Assembly: GCF_009914755.1 (NCBI RefSeq)
Contig: NC_060947.1
Source of the DNA: the human T2T-CHM13v2.0 reference genome, Homo sapiens
Length of the DNA: 64,000 bases
Reading direction: 5' to 3' (one strand)
In this document: positions 1 to 16,898 of the stretch, in pieces
How positions within the stretch are numbered: the first letter of the stretch is position 1
Layout: every line of letters starts with the position of its first letter
The notes under the pieces: generated by a model
The model's database searches: none
Seen by the model: only the letters and a program-made list of their open reading frames with translations
Told to the model about the DNA's origin: nothing
Position numbers and translations under genes: made by a program

Positions 1-1282
<1,282 letters not shown>

Positions 1283-1537
1283 TAGCTTCTTACAAAACTA
1301 AACATGTGGCCACCAGATGAGGCAGAGCTCACCTCTGCGGTATTAATCACCTCAGGAAAATGCAAGCATGTCTGCGTAAATCAGTGCACAGACACACAGC
1401 AGCTTTACTCACAAGAAGCAAAAACCAAAGCAACCAGACGTCTATCAACCCTGGAACAGGGGAGAGATGGAGCACACACACAGCAGAAGCTACTCAGTGA
1501 TAGAAAAGAAACTGCCCATACGGCCAGGGACACATAG

Positions 1538-1710
1538 TGAGCCCCACAGTATCCACACCCTGGCCAGCCACACGGGAGCCCCACGGTAACCACGCCTTGG
1601 CCAGCCACACAGCGAGCCCCACAGTATCCACACCCCGCCAGCCACACAGCGAGCCCCACGGTAACCACGCCTTCGCCAGCCACACAGCGAGCCCCACAGT
1701 ATCCACACCA
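1538..1710. repeat. Short minisatellite, ~37-38 bp units alternating two variants, ~4.5 copies
   Basis: gagccccacagtatccacaccc.. alternating with gagccccacggtaaccacgcc.., each followed by gccagccacac. Confidence 0.8.
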
Positions 1711-3519
1711 CAGGACTTAATCAGTCCTCAACACACACACATAGCGAAACATCTTGCTGTACCCTGTATACACAAATATTACTTGTCCATTCAAAATAAA
1801 ATTTAAAATAAAGATGCTGCCAGGAAGAAGTTAGAAACCACAGACAAAACGCTCCAAGAGTCCTCATGTGAAATTCTAAGAGAGGCAAAGCTACAGCGAC
1901 CGGAAGCACATCTGCAGCTGGCCCGGGCCAGGGAGAAAAGAGGGGAATGATGAGGTGCAAAAGGAGGCACGTGGGACACCCGCGGCAGGTGACAAACGGC
2001 CGGTCCTGCCTATGAGGATGGATACCCAGGTGTGTGCTTTACCAAAATGGATCAAATTGTACACTTAAAATTGGTGAATCTTAGGGTGTGTAATTATATG
2101 ACAATACAGCTGGCCAAACAAAAAACTATTCAATAAACTAAAAAAAATGACAGAAGGAAGTGTATGTAAAAAAGATGACCATAGATATTCATGAGAGAAA
2201 GAACTGAAATAATCTGTAACACTGACAGCTGCTTTACTGAAAGAGATATACGTTAGTGTGTAGCATGACGGATCAAGAAAGGAACCGGAAATAAATGATT
2301 CTGTCAAGAAAGTGTCTATGTATGATGCAGATACGATCAAGATTTTGTAAATCGTACAAGACAAGGAAAAGCTTTAGAGCAAGAAATTTCTAAGTTACGC
2401 AAAAAATTTTTAGAAAAAATGTAAATCATCAAAATAGTCTCCATAAATGAAAACCCTGAATTAGCCAACAACGTTTGAAGGAAATTAACAAAGAGAAAAG
2501 TGTGTTTTCCTGTGGGGGCAGCTGAGGGGGTGGAGTTTGGTGGAGGTGAAGGAGCTGATGACTCTGTCTCAAACGGCTTCAGAGAAAACACAGAGGAGTG
2601 ACAATGATGAAAGGGAGGAAATGATGTATGAGATCAGCCCTGACTCACACAGACAGGAAGAACCGGGCCAGGAGAAGGCACACACGGACCTCGCTGCACG
2701 GCCACGGCTAAGATCCACGGGGGGACCCCCCTCATCAAACTCAAAGTCCCCTCAGACGTGAGTTCTCAAGCAGCCGCCGGCCAAAGTCCACCCGCCTGAC
2801 AACACGCGTGTGGAGCTGTGACTCCAGGCCCTCATTCAGTCACTCACGCGACGGGGAGAACTCGAAACGGCAGTGACACCCCTACTCGTTCGTCCCCTGG
2901 GCCGGGGGCCCGGCTCACAGAAAACCGTCCCAAAGGCACACGATGGAGACGTGGACGGACATCTGCAGGTGGCGGCGAGCTGGGCGCCACCGAGACAGGC
3001 TCAGCAGCCTTGGCGGGGAAGCTGAAGTTTGCCTGCGGCCCCCACACACGCGGGACGCTCACAGGGTTCTGCCGCCACAGCGCAGGTGGATTAAGTCGCG
3101 ACAGCGCACACCCTGCTGGCCTCTGCCCACAGTCACGGTGGGTGCTCGAGCACCATGCTCTCCGCCTGCAGGGCCGGGTCGGTGCGTGCAGGCACAGTGG
3201 GGCCTGTGGAGGTGTCTCTCGGACTCCCAGCGGTGCAGACGCTGCAAGCGACACAACTTCAGTCTCAGAGCTCTCCCCTGCCCCGCTGGGTCACATCCAG
3301 GTCACCCTGCTTCTCTGGGGCATCGAAGACAACGACAAAACTTGCTTTTTACCACCAAACGTGACATCCAGCCAACGGACCAGGTTCTTTCAAGTCTTAA
3401 AGCCTCACTACCTTAGACGGCCACCAAGGCCAGTGCCGCTGTGCGTGGAAGCGAGGTGACACCGAGAACTGAGTCCTGGAAGGAAAATGACATGAAACGC
3501 GCACATGAGAACCAGGCGC

Positions 3520-3770
3520 CGAGGCGGGGAAGCACCGCGGAGGGGGGGTGGCCGCTGTGGGGGGCGGCACCACGGTGGGGGGAGGCGCCGTTGGGGAGAA
3601 GCACCGTGGGGATGAAGCACCGCGTGGGGAGGGGCGCTGTGGCGGGGAAGCACCGTGGGGACGGGCGCCCTGGCGGGGAAGCACCGCGGCGGGGGTAGGG
3701 GAGGGCGGGGCGGCGCCCTGGCGGGGAAGCACCGCGGCCGGGGAGGGGCATCGTGGCGGGGAAGCACTGA
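3520..3770 (+). repeat. G-rich degenerate repeat (ggcggggaagcaccg core)
   Basis: Core 'ggcggggaagcac' recurs at about 3522, 3640, 3671, 3720 and 3754 among G-runs. Confidence 0.7.
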
Positions 3771-4759
3771 GGGGAATACATGGGTCCCATGCAGGAACCT
3801 CACTGGGCTGCGCGAGCGGCTTTGTAGGACCCGAAGCGGACGCAGCGCGTGAGCTGCAAAAGAGGTGACTGACCCAGCCCGAGGCGCGCAGAGACCCTGT
3901 GGGTGGGGCCGGGCGCACTCCGCGAGGGTGAGTTCTCCACACAACGGAGGCTGTACTGAAAAGGATGAAGGTGTCCCAGCAGACGGAATGCCAGCAAAGA
4001 GACCTCCCAGTGAAGGAACTCTCAGAGATACCCCACAACTTCAAGAGCACCAAGGATAAAACGCGGAAGCTGAGCAAGGCGTGTTAAGTCGAGTGAGTCT
4101 GCCAGGGCACGGAGCAGGTGCTCACTCCACACGGGACAAGGAGATGGCACTGCTGTAACTACTTTTGGCAAGTTTTTACTGAGAGATGAAACAATTCTTA
4201 ATGCTTCTGGTGTTTTAAGTTACAGCATACTAGGTAAATATTAGTTCTTTTCATTCACTACATGTTTGCAACCGACTGTAAGAAAGTTTCTAATATTTCA
4301 ACAAAAATGATTATAGAATGATCCTAATTTTTACTGGAAGATGGTTTTGCATGGTTGTGACTTATCTGGTCCTTTCATGGCCCCACACTGCCGTACAAGA
4401 CAGGGACACCTCTACAAATACGGAGTGACTTAGCAAAAACAAATATGCAAGTGTACAACAGCATGCTAATTTTTCTCTAAGAAATGCAAGAAGTATGTAT
4501 GTTCATACTCATACACATATTTGTACATAATTGCTCATATTAAAAGCTAAAATAACAATAAGAGGATAAACCAAAGCTATGGAAACTATTACCTCCGGGG
4601 TAGAAACAGCACAGACAGGGACAGAACCTGGACTTACCTGAATGTGTCTAGTTTGTTAGTGCTCACTTTGTAACCATGGAGGTTTTTACATATTTATAAA
4701 ACAAAACTTTTTAAAATACTTTAAAAACACAATCCCTAATAGAAAAAGGGCGGGGACAC

Positions 4760-5337
<578 letters not shown>

Positions 5338-6154
5338 TCACAGCTGCAGAGCTGGAGAGGGCTGGGGGGCAGGGGTCTCACCGTGAGGGGCTCACATGTA
5401 CCGTGCACCGAGGCTCTGGGGCTCTGACTTGGAGGGGTGGGAGCATCCACTGGCCAGCGACTCCACCTGGAGGGTAGGAGGCTGGAGATGCGGGCACAGG
5501 TCCCTGGAAACACAACCACCCACCAGGGGTCCAGACACGCATCTCTGGTGTAGGCCTTGCCTTGGTAACGGACAGACACTAAACTGAGTGTGCTCCATCT
5601 GTGGGCGTCCAGGCGGTCAGCCTGGAGAGCATGCAGCTGAGAAGGAAAGCAGGCGGCGAATGATGCACGCCGCGCTGCAGCACTCAGGGTGAGTCTAGAA
5701 ATGGGCCCATGGGGCTGCTGCCAGGAGACGGGTCCACAGCTGCCCAGCCTGGGATGGCCGCTCCTCGGGCAGAAAGGGGCAAGGCCAGGAGGGTGCAGAA
5801 CGGCCTCCGAGAGCCACGAGAGCTGGCGCCACTGGCCCCGGAGGGGAGAGAAGGGGAGGGTGGCACAGGGCGGGCCTGCGCTCTTCACAGCATCAGGATG
5901 AGAATGCAGACGGAATTCCCACTCGCATTTCAGATGCTTAAGAATTCACACAGCAGCAACCAGACAGCAAACCTCAGACCACAACTATAACCTCAGAGAA
6001 AACCTGGGCCGCTCCCGCACACGTGTGAAACGCACCCTCCTCGGCCGTGCCGCCTCACGCTCGTGTGACACGCACCCACCTCGGCCGCTCCGCCTCACCC
6101 TCACATGCCCGCAGTACCACCTCGGCTGCTCCACGTCCCACGCGTGACACGTAC

Positions 6155-6340
6155 CTTGGCCACCAGGCCCATGTCGTCCATGGTGGCCCTCTCGTGGGGG
6201 AACCGGGCGAAGGTGCTCTCGATCTTGCTGATGACGGCATCCACGTTGACGGAGTCCTGCGGGCGTCCTCTAGGGAAGTAGAAGGTCGGAATGCTTTGGC
6301 TCGTGGCCGGGGGCAGAGGCTCTTCTTTCCGTGTCTGAAC
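6155..6340 (-). CDS. PPP2R3B: PPP2R3B coding exon 2 (62 codons, includes the conserved B'' FYF motif)
   Basis: Encodes VQTRKEEPLPPATSQSIPTFYFPRGRPQDSVNVDAVISKIESTFARFPHERATMDDMGLVAK. Acceptor ctcttcAG| at 6342-6341 with branch-like CTAAC at 6370-6366; donor AAG|GTACGT at 6154. 186 nt, phase 0/0, in frame with exon 1. Later exons lie left of the window. Confidence 0.96.
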
Positions 6341-7104
6341 CTGAAGAGTCGACAGACAGCGCTCAGTTAGAACCTGGGAGCATCGAACGCCTTCTTCACC
6401 TGGACAACACACGGGGCCTCTCTAGGGCCGACAGTGCTGAGGCCACCTGATCCCAGCCGGGAGAGGACACACTGCAATCCCTGCGGGGGACCACACACGT
6501 ACTCCACTGCAGGGCCCACCTTCACCCAGGAGGCCACACCATGCTGCCATGGACCCCACTCTGGGTGGCGGCTCTGCGCCACTGAGCCCCCATCACACCG
6601 AGCAGGGCCCTGGGGACAAGGGCAGCTACGTGCCCCAGGCACCTGAGAGCCCAGCCAGGACCCACTCCCGATTCCCATGAGCCACACCACTGACCCCACC
6701 ACACCTGGCAGGGACCTGGGGAAAAGGGCAGCCACGCACCCCAGACGCCTGAGAGCTCAGACGTGGAGAGGCACAGGTGCCGTCCACAGGCAACCCTGTC
6801 CCTGGAGCCCGGAAGACTCACATTCTGAGAGGCAGAGGCAGGGCAGGCAACCACACAGCCAGGAGAAGGGGTCGACCACCAGGTACTGCTGCGGACACGC
6901 CTCAGCCCCTCACCCGGTGCACAGCCCACGCCCACGGGCTCTTGGCCCCACTCAGCACCAGCACTCTCCTCACCCAGTATATCTGCAGGCCCCAGAACAC
7001 TCACTCAAGAGTCTCCTGCTTGCATCTCTACACAACCTGCGAGGTGGACATTTGATCTCATCCCGTGATGTTAAAACACCATCTGAAACAGTTAACAGCA
7101 TCAG

Positions 7105-7400
7105 CAACCGTACTGCGTCCTCCTCCATCAACTGCCCAAGGGACGGTGCTGCGTCCTCCCCCACCATCAACTACTGAAGGGACGGGGCTGCGTCCTCCTC
7201 CTCCTCCAACTACCCAGGGAACGGGGCTGTGTCCTTCCCCATCAACTACTCGGGACGAGGCTTCGTCCTCCCCCATCAACTACTCAGGGGACAGGGCTGT
7301 GTCCTCCTTGACCAACTACCTAGGGAATGGGGCTGCGTCCTCCTCCTCCTCCATCAACTACTCAGGGGACGGGGCTGTGTCCTCCTCAACCAACTGCCAT
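7105..7400. repeat. Diverged ~36-40 bp tandem repeat
   Basis: Recurring ggacggggctg(c/t)gtcctcctcc(at)caactac. Confidence 0.75.
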
Positions 7401-7534
7401 GGAGGAGGGGTCCAGGGAGGAAGTCCGCACACCAGTGGACCACAGCTCAGGGCCTTTGCACCCACAATCCTGACTGCCTGGATCAATCCAGGACTGGGTC
7501 CAAGCTCCAGTGTCCACACAGAGAAAACAGCCCG

Positions 7535-7770
7535 CCCTGCTACTCCCACAGGACCCTCACCCCACGTCACAAGGGTCCCACAGACAGCACCCCAACTGTC
7601 CCCACCCTGCTACTGCCACAGTATCCTCACCGCAGGTCACAAGGGTCCCACAGCGCCCCAACTGTCCCCACCCTGCTACTCCCACAGGACCCTCACCCCA
7701 GGTCACAAGGGTCCCACTGACAGCGCCTCAACTGTGCCCACCCTGCTGTCCCTGCAGGACCCTCACCCAC
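7535..7770. repeat. ~68-71 bp tandem repeat, ~3.5 copies
   Basis: ccctgctactcccacaggaccctcacccca..gtcacaagggtcccac..cagc.ccccaactgtccccac repeats. Confidence 0.75.
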
Positions 7771-7957
7771 GGTGAGACTCAGTTGTTTTTCTCTGATCCC
7801 CATGTAGGAGGAACAGAGGCCGCCTCCGTGACCTGGGGCAGAGCAGGCTTCCCGCAGTAGCTGCCGACTGAGTGCTCCTTCAGCACAGCTTTACCTAAGG
7901 GCACACCCCTTCCCTGTGATTCAGAACGTGACCTCTGTGTCCTGGGGCAGGAGGTCC

Positions 7958-9835
7958 CTGCATCTCCCCGAGCCTGCGATCCCACAGTGCATCTCCCCGA
8001 GCCCACGATCCCGCAGTGCATCTCCCCGAGCCCACGATCCCGCAGTGCATCTCCCCGAGCCCACCATCCCACAGTGCATCTCCCCGAGCCCACCATCCCA
8101 CAGTGCATCTCCCCGAGCCCACCATCCCACAGTGCATCTCCCCGAGCCCGCAATCCCACAATGCATCTCCCCGAGCCCGCGATCCCACAATGCATCTCCC
8201 CGAGCCCACCATCCCACAATGCATCTCCCCGAGCCCAGCATCCCACAATGCATCTCCCCAAGCCCGCGATCCCGCAGTGCATCTCCCCGAGCCCGCGATC
8301 CCGCAGTGCATCTCCATGAGTCCACGATCCCACAATGCATCTCCCCGTGCCCGCAATCCCACAATGCATCTCCCCGAGCCCACCATCCCACAGTCATCTC
8401 CCCGTGCCCACCATCCCACAATGCATCTCCCCAAGCCCGCGATCCCACAGTGCATCTCCCCGAGCCCACGATCCCACAGTGCATCTCCCCGAGCCCACCA
8501 TCCCACAGTGCATCTCCCCGAGCCCACCATCCCACAGTGCATCTCCCCGAGCCCACCATCCCACAGTGCATCTCCCCGAGCCCACCATCCCACAATGCAT
8601 CTCCCCGAGCCCACCATCCCACAATGCATCTCCCCGAGCCCGCGATCCCACAGTGCATCTCCCCGAGCCCACGATCCCACAGTGCATCTCCCCGAGCCCA
8701 CCATCCCACAGTGCATCTCCCCGAGCCCACGATCCCACAGTGCATCTCCCCGAGCCCACGATCCCACAGTGCATCTCCCCGAGCCCACGATCCCACAGTG
8801 CATCTCCCCGAGCCCGCGATCCCACAGTGCATCTCCCCGAGCCCACGATCCCACAGTGCATCTCCCCGTGCCCACCATCCCACAGTGCATCTCCCCGAGC
8901 CCACGATCCCACAGTGCATCTCCCCGTGCCCACGATCCCACAGTGCATCTCCCCGAGCCCACCATCCCACAGTGCATCTCCCCGTGCCCACCATCCCACA
9001 AAGCATCTCCCCGAGCCCACGATCCCACAATGCATCTCCCCGTGCCCACGATGCCACAATGCATCTCCCTGAGCCCACGATCCCACAATGCATCTCCCTG
9101 TGCCCACGATCCCACAGTGCATCTCTCCGAGCCCACCATCCCACAATGCATCTCCCCGTGCCCGCAATCCCACAGTGCATCTCTCCAAGCCCACGATCCC
9201 ACAGTGCATCTCCGCGTGCCCACGATCCCACAGTGCATCTCCCCGAGCCCACGATCCCACAGTGCATCTCCCCGAGCCCACGATCCCACAGTGCATCTCC
9301 CCGTGCCCACGATCCCACAGTGCATCTCCCCGAGCCCACGATCCCACAATGCATCTCCCCGTGCCCACGATCCCACAATGCATCTCCCCGAGCCCGCGAT
9401 CCCACAATGCATCTCCCCGAGCCCGCGATCCCACAATGCATCTCCCCGTGCCCACGATCCCACAATGCATCTCCCCGAGCCCGCGATCCCACAATGCATC
9501 TCCATGAGTCCACGATCCCACAGTGCATCTCCCCGTGCCCACGATCCCACAGTGCATATCCACGAGTCCACGATCCCACAATGCATCTTCCCATGCCCAC
9601 GATCCCACAATGCATCTTCCCATGCCCACGATCCCACAGTCCATCTCCCCGTGCCCACAATCCCACAGTGCATCTCCCCGAGCCCACGATCCCACAGTGC
9701 ATCTCCCCGTGCCCACGATCCCACAGTGCATCTCCCCGAGCCCACGATCCCACAGTGCATCTCCCCGAGCCCGGGATCCCGCAGTGCATCTCCCCGAGCC
9801 CGCGATCCCACAGTGCATCTTCCCGAGCCCACAAC
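7958..9835. repeat. 29-bp VNTR, ~65 copies
   Basis: Unit GCATCTCCCCGAGCCCACGATCCCACAGT with variants; explains the 545-679 aa ORFs here. Confidence 0.97.
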
Positions 9836-10477
9836 GCATTCCCGCAGCGGCGCCTTCCCGTCTCTCGCTGTGGGGGTCCCACTGTGGAGCCTGCGGCTCT
9901 TCCTCCTTCATCACGCTGGGTTCACACAGCTCTGCTATTTGGGGTACGGAACTGACCCCGCGAATATTCTGCAGTGAGCTCTCGGGCTCCTGTGTTTGGC
10001 AATATAGCAATGACCTGGGTACACAAACCAACCTTCCTGCTGAAAACTGCCAAGAACCCTGGACAGAATAGTTGACAAACGTCTTCTAGACGGCGCCCAC
10101 AGGCTGGCAGGAAAGGAGGACACCTCAGGCCACAGCTGCCTGGAAGGAAGAACCCGGGGAAGCCCGTGGAGCCTGAACAGGCTCTGCCTTCAGAAGCGTG
10201 GGCCGAGCGGGCTCACCCGAAATCTCTCACAGCCTTGCAGAGCTCTGGGGAAGAGGAGGCAAAACGCAGGGTCCTCCGGGGAAGCTCCCAGAACGCGTCA
10301 CCTTCAGTGGGAAGAATGAGCTCCAAGTAAATCCCCAGCGCGCCTCCGGCCCCAGGAATGAAAGTAGCAGCCTTCACCTGGAGCTGCTGGTACGAGCTGG
10401 GCAGGGGGGAGTTCTCCCCCGAGAACTGACGGCTACAGCCGACTCTCCTGCAGGTTTGCAAACCAAACTCACGGTCA

Positions 10478-12877
<2,400 letters not shown>

Positions 12878-13213
12878 TTAACAGACACTCTACGGGGCAA
12901 AAGCTGAAGAAATGCAGCAGGGAGAAGCCAAGAGCTCCCAAAGGGAAGGTTGGAATTGAAAGAAGGGATGAAGAGCAGGTCAGCGGTAATGAGTGGGAAA
13001 ACCTCGGCAGCTGACCACATAAATCAGTGATAACAATGTATGTTCAATTTAAAAAACATAAATCAGTGAAAACAACGTATGTTCAATTAAAAAAAAAAAG
13101 TCAATACAACAGCCTGTCAGTGACATGCTGACTGGATGAGTGTGAGACGGTTTGTGAGTTGGAGGAAAAGATACTGATTAATATTGGGCTTTGAAAAATT
13201 TAGTCGACGTTCC

Positions 13214-13350
13214 TTTTTTTTTTTTTCTTTATAGAGACGGGGTCTCGCTATGTTGTGCTGGCTGGTCTTGAACTCCTGGCCTCCAGCGATTCTCCTGCCT
13301 CAGCCTCCCAAGGCGCTGGGATCACAGGTGTGAGGCCCCGTGCCCGGCCA
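13214..13350 (-). mobile_element. Alu left monomer (FLAM/AluJ fragment)
   Basis: T-tail followed by gagacggggtctcgctatgttg...gcccggcc. Confidence 0.8.
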
Positions 13351-13479
13351 GCCATTGACATTTGTAGGATAAACAGTGAGCTAGTAGGAAGCGTGTACTC
13401 CAAACGAGAGAAAAGGCGACCAAGCTGAAAAAGAGCAGGAGACAGAGGTGCAGGATGAGACGGTCACAGTCCATCACAC

Positions 13480-14650
13480 GGATGAGCAGGCAACATCGAC
13501 CTCAATGCACCGAGTGCTCTAGTTACAAGACAAAGGTCTGACTGCAGAAAGAAAACAGCATTCACGTACATGGGAGACACAGAGGACAGAAAGACAGGAG
13601 ATATATGTGACTTAAGGACCCAGAGGCTACACATTTTTTTTTGAGATGGAAAAAGAGCAGGCAGACAGTAGAGAAAGCTGGTGTCGCTGTATTAACATCC
13701 ATGAAGTGACACAAGGTGATGGACAGACCTGGAGACAGACAGGCCACCAAGGAACGCTGAAGAGGTCAGTCAGGGGAAGACAGGCTGATGCTAACTTTAT
13801 CCATGCCTGACAACGCAGCCTTGGCACTGATCAAGTAAACACCACTGGACACAAACTCAGCCCGCTAGGCAAGGCGGAGCCCACCCACCCCGGGCACAGA
13901 CACAGGGAAGGCCGGGACCACCCACCCTGGGCACAGACACGGGGAAGGCCGGGACCACCCACCTTGGGCACTGACGGGGGGAAGGCCGGGATCACCCACC
14001 CCGGGCACTGACGGGGGGAAGGCCGGGACCACCCACCCCGGGCACAGACACGGGGAAGGCCGGGACCACCCACCTTGGGCACCGACGGGGGGAAGGCCGG
14101 GACCACCCACCTTGGGCACCGACGGGGGGAAGGCCGGGACCACCCACCTTGGGCACCGACGGGGGGAAGGCCGGGACCACCCACCTTGGGCACCGACGGG
14201 GGGAAGGCCGGGACCACCCACCTTGGGCACCGACACGGGGAAGGCCGGGACCACCCACCCCGGGCACTGACGGGGGGAAGGCCGGGACCACCCACCCCGG
14301 GCACCGACGGGGGGAAGGCCGGGACCACCCACCTTGGGCACCGACGGGGGGAAGGACGGGACCACCCACCCCGGGCACCGACGGGGGGAAGGCCGGGACC
14401 ACCCACCCTGGGCACCGACCGGGGGAAGGCCAGGACCACCCACCCTGGGCACCGACGGGGGGAAGGCCGGGACCACCCACCATGGGCACTAATAGACGAG
14501 AGATGGAACAAACAACACAACCACCCCATGCGGGCACAGAAGATTTACAAGCTTAATCTCATGGACAGAAATAGACTCGGCCCCAGCACAGCTGCAGAGC
14601 ACACATTCTTTTCAACACACACAGCTCACTTGGGAACTGGCCACCTCTCG
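13480..14650 (+). mobile_element. Degraded L1 ORF2 endonuclease-region remnant hosting the 37-bp VNTR
   Basis: L1-like 'gaaagctggtgtcgctgtattaacatc' and 'gcagagcacacattcttttcaacacacacagctc' flank the VNTR. Confidence 0.5.
13880..14488. repeat. 37-bp VNTR, ~16 copies, each containing GACCACCCA
   Basis: Unit GGGCACCGACGGGGGGAAGGCCGGGACCACCCACCTT; period 37. Confidence 0.95.
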
Positions 14651-16801
14651 GGCCGAGCTGCAGGTCTCAGGGGGTTCTGAAGGAATCACAGGGACTGCTG
14701 CCCTGCCCCGAACGTAGCCGGTGAGGCCAGGCATCTACGGTAAACACAGAAGGAGCAAAAACAGCTGCGTGTATGTGGAAGAAGAATTCTAAAGCCAGCC
14801 GCCTGTTCATTAAAAAGTTCAGACAAACCAGAGGGGCCTGTGGCGGCCAGGTCATCCACTTTAAATCCTCCTCAGTACGTGTACTTTAAAAAGAACTTCG
14901 TAAAGAGCCCGTCACCCAAAGCACACTGATAAAGGCGACACCCTGACTCCCAACAAGCTATTTCTGTTGAGGGCACTGAGAAGGCAGCTCCCTGACTCAT
15001 CACAATTCCAGAAGTCACAGATACATGTGTCGCCCTTCCAGAGTACACCCCCAGTTTTGCAAAACACGTCCATATACGACCAAAAACAAAGGCTGAGCCT
15101 AACACTGAGGCTGCCTGTTTTTGCGTAGAAGTGCGTGCGCTTGATGGGTGCAGGTGAGTGTACCCCGAGAACACAGGCCACGTGCACCGTGACACATCCT
15201 CTCGCGACACCAGCCTCGGGCAGACCCCCGCATGTGCAGAGGGTGCGCACAGCAGGCAGGGCGCGGTGACCAGCAGAAATGACCCTCGCCCCCACGGCAG
15301 CAGGACCGGACACCACGATCAAAGCCACAGAGGAGGTGCCGGAGCAGCAGGGGGCCGGCGGAAGGGACGCTCAGTACGGGCTGCAACGCACAGCCGTGCC
15401 CCCAGGAGCCCCCGCTCTGCAGCGGCCCCCACTCTGCAGCGGGAGGCGGAAGCACGGGAGGCTGTGGTATGGAATCAGGGACGGGGGGTTTGGCCGGGAC
15501 GCACACTCATGGATTCCAGCTGAGCCCCTCGCCCACCCAGATGACGGCCACCCCCTGGAAGGCAGGGCCTGCTGCAAGCTCTGAGCATTCTTCTCGGCCC
15601 AGCACTTGACTCCCAGGGACCCTCTGAGAGGGCTGGTAGAGGGCTGCCAGCTACACCTGCAAACCGCACGCTGGACGGCTAAACACAGGAGTCAAAAAGG
15701 TCGGTGTTTACACAGAGGAGCCGAACACGGAGATGAGAGGCCCCACGTGTGGGTTTAAAAATCCCCTCTCTAGCAAAGAGGGAGAACTGGTGTGGAGGGG
15801 TCAACACAGAAACGCAGCAGGTGCAGGTGTCTGAGTAGGCCAGAGCTCACGTGGGCTAACATTCACTCAGACACATGACTGCAGCCGAGCAACCGGGCCT
15901 CAACGGACGCTGAGAGACGTCGGCTGGGGCCTGCACCCACACCTGCAGCCCAGGCACTGGCGCCTGCAGCCACGGCTGCAGCGAGGCGTGAGTCTCCACA
16001 GAGCTCGGAAGGCTGGGCTGGGGGACGTGGGGATCATTCTGTCCACCAGCCAAGGGGTGACGGTGGATGCCGCGCAACACAGCGAGGGGAGGATCCGGCA
16101 CCCTCCCTGCGTCCACAAGCCCCTGGCGGATGCTCCTGAGCTTGGTCTTCTGTGTGGACGTTCCCACCCGGGCTTCTGTTTCCCGTTAACCCCCCTTGCT
16201 GCAGCTCCCTGCCAGGTGGGGAACCCAAGCCCTGCCTTCTCCCTGCCACTGCCCAGGGAGTGGCATCCTGGGCAGCGTCCTGGCCAAACCAAAGGCTGCA
16301 AGGGTTTTGGTGACCACTGGCCTTGGGAGGGGAACGGCACGTGCCCTGGCGGTGAGAGCAGGAGGTGCGTCAGGGACGCCCAGAGCCCAGGCTGTCACCA
16401 CGCTGAAGTCAGTTCCAAGTACAGCGGGGCTGCCGCGTAGGGGACGGCGCTTTCAGCCATGCGTGGTGCCGTGTAGGGTCTGTGCGTCCACCCGAAGGAC
16501 CCCGTGGGGACGCCGGACAGTGTCTGTGTGACCAGGACAGGTGAAGAGGGGCGTCTGTGTGCTGAGTCAGTGTGTGGGGAGCGGGAGAGTCACTCCCCAG
16601 GCGGGGAGGGCCAGGCTAGGCAGCACAGCTGTCCTGGGCTGGGAACAAGGTCTGAGCTGTCCTGCTGTTGCCCGGGGACAGAAGGCCCGAGAATCCCTGG
16701 GCAGGAGGCGCAGGCAGTGGCTCCGGCAAGAAGAGCTCAGCCAAGCAGCTGCACGGCCCCACTCCAGGTACATGCTGGGTCCTACAGTGAGAGCATGAGC
16801 C

Positions 16802-16898
16802 GTGTAACACGCCATCGTCACACAGGAGCCTCCCCGGACCCACGGTGAGAGTACGTGTAACACGCCATCGTCACACGGGAGCCTCCCCGGACCCACGG
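16802..16898. repeat. Direct duplication of ~44 bp
   Basis: gtgtaacacgccatcgtcacac(a/g)ggagcctccccggacccacgg occurs twice, 53 bp apart. Confidence 0.85.

Noticed and set aside
2100-4080. CpG-rich stretch with several 150-226 aa ORFs
   Set aside because: No recognisable protein; looks like a GC-drifted old L1-like remnant plus a G-rich repeat.
6341-6402. Possible alternative acceptor 59 nt upstream of exon 2
   Set aside because: Weak pyrimidine tract and an in-frame stop (VKKAFDAPRF*); no support from sequence alone.
7895-10071. ORFs of 545-679 aa on both strands
   Set aside because: Produced by the stop-poor 29-bp VNTR; periodic peptides in nearly all frames.
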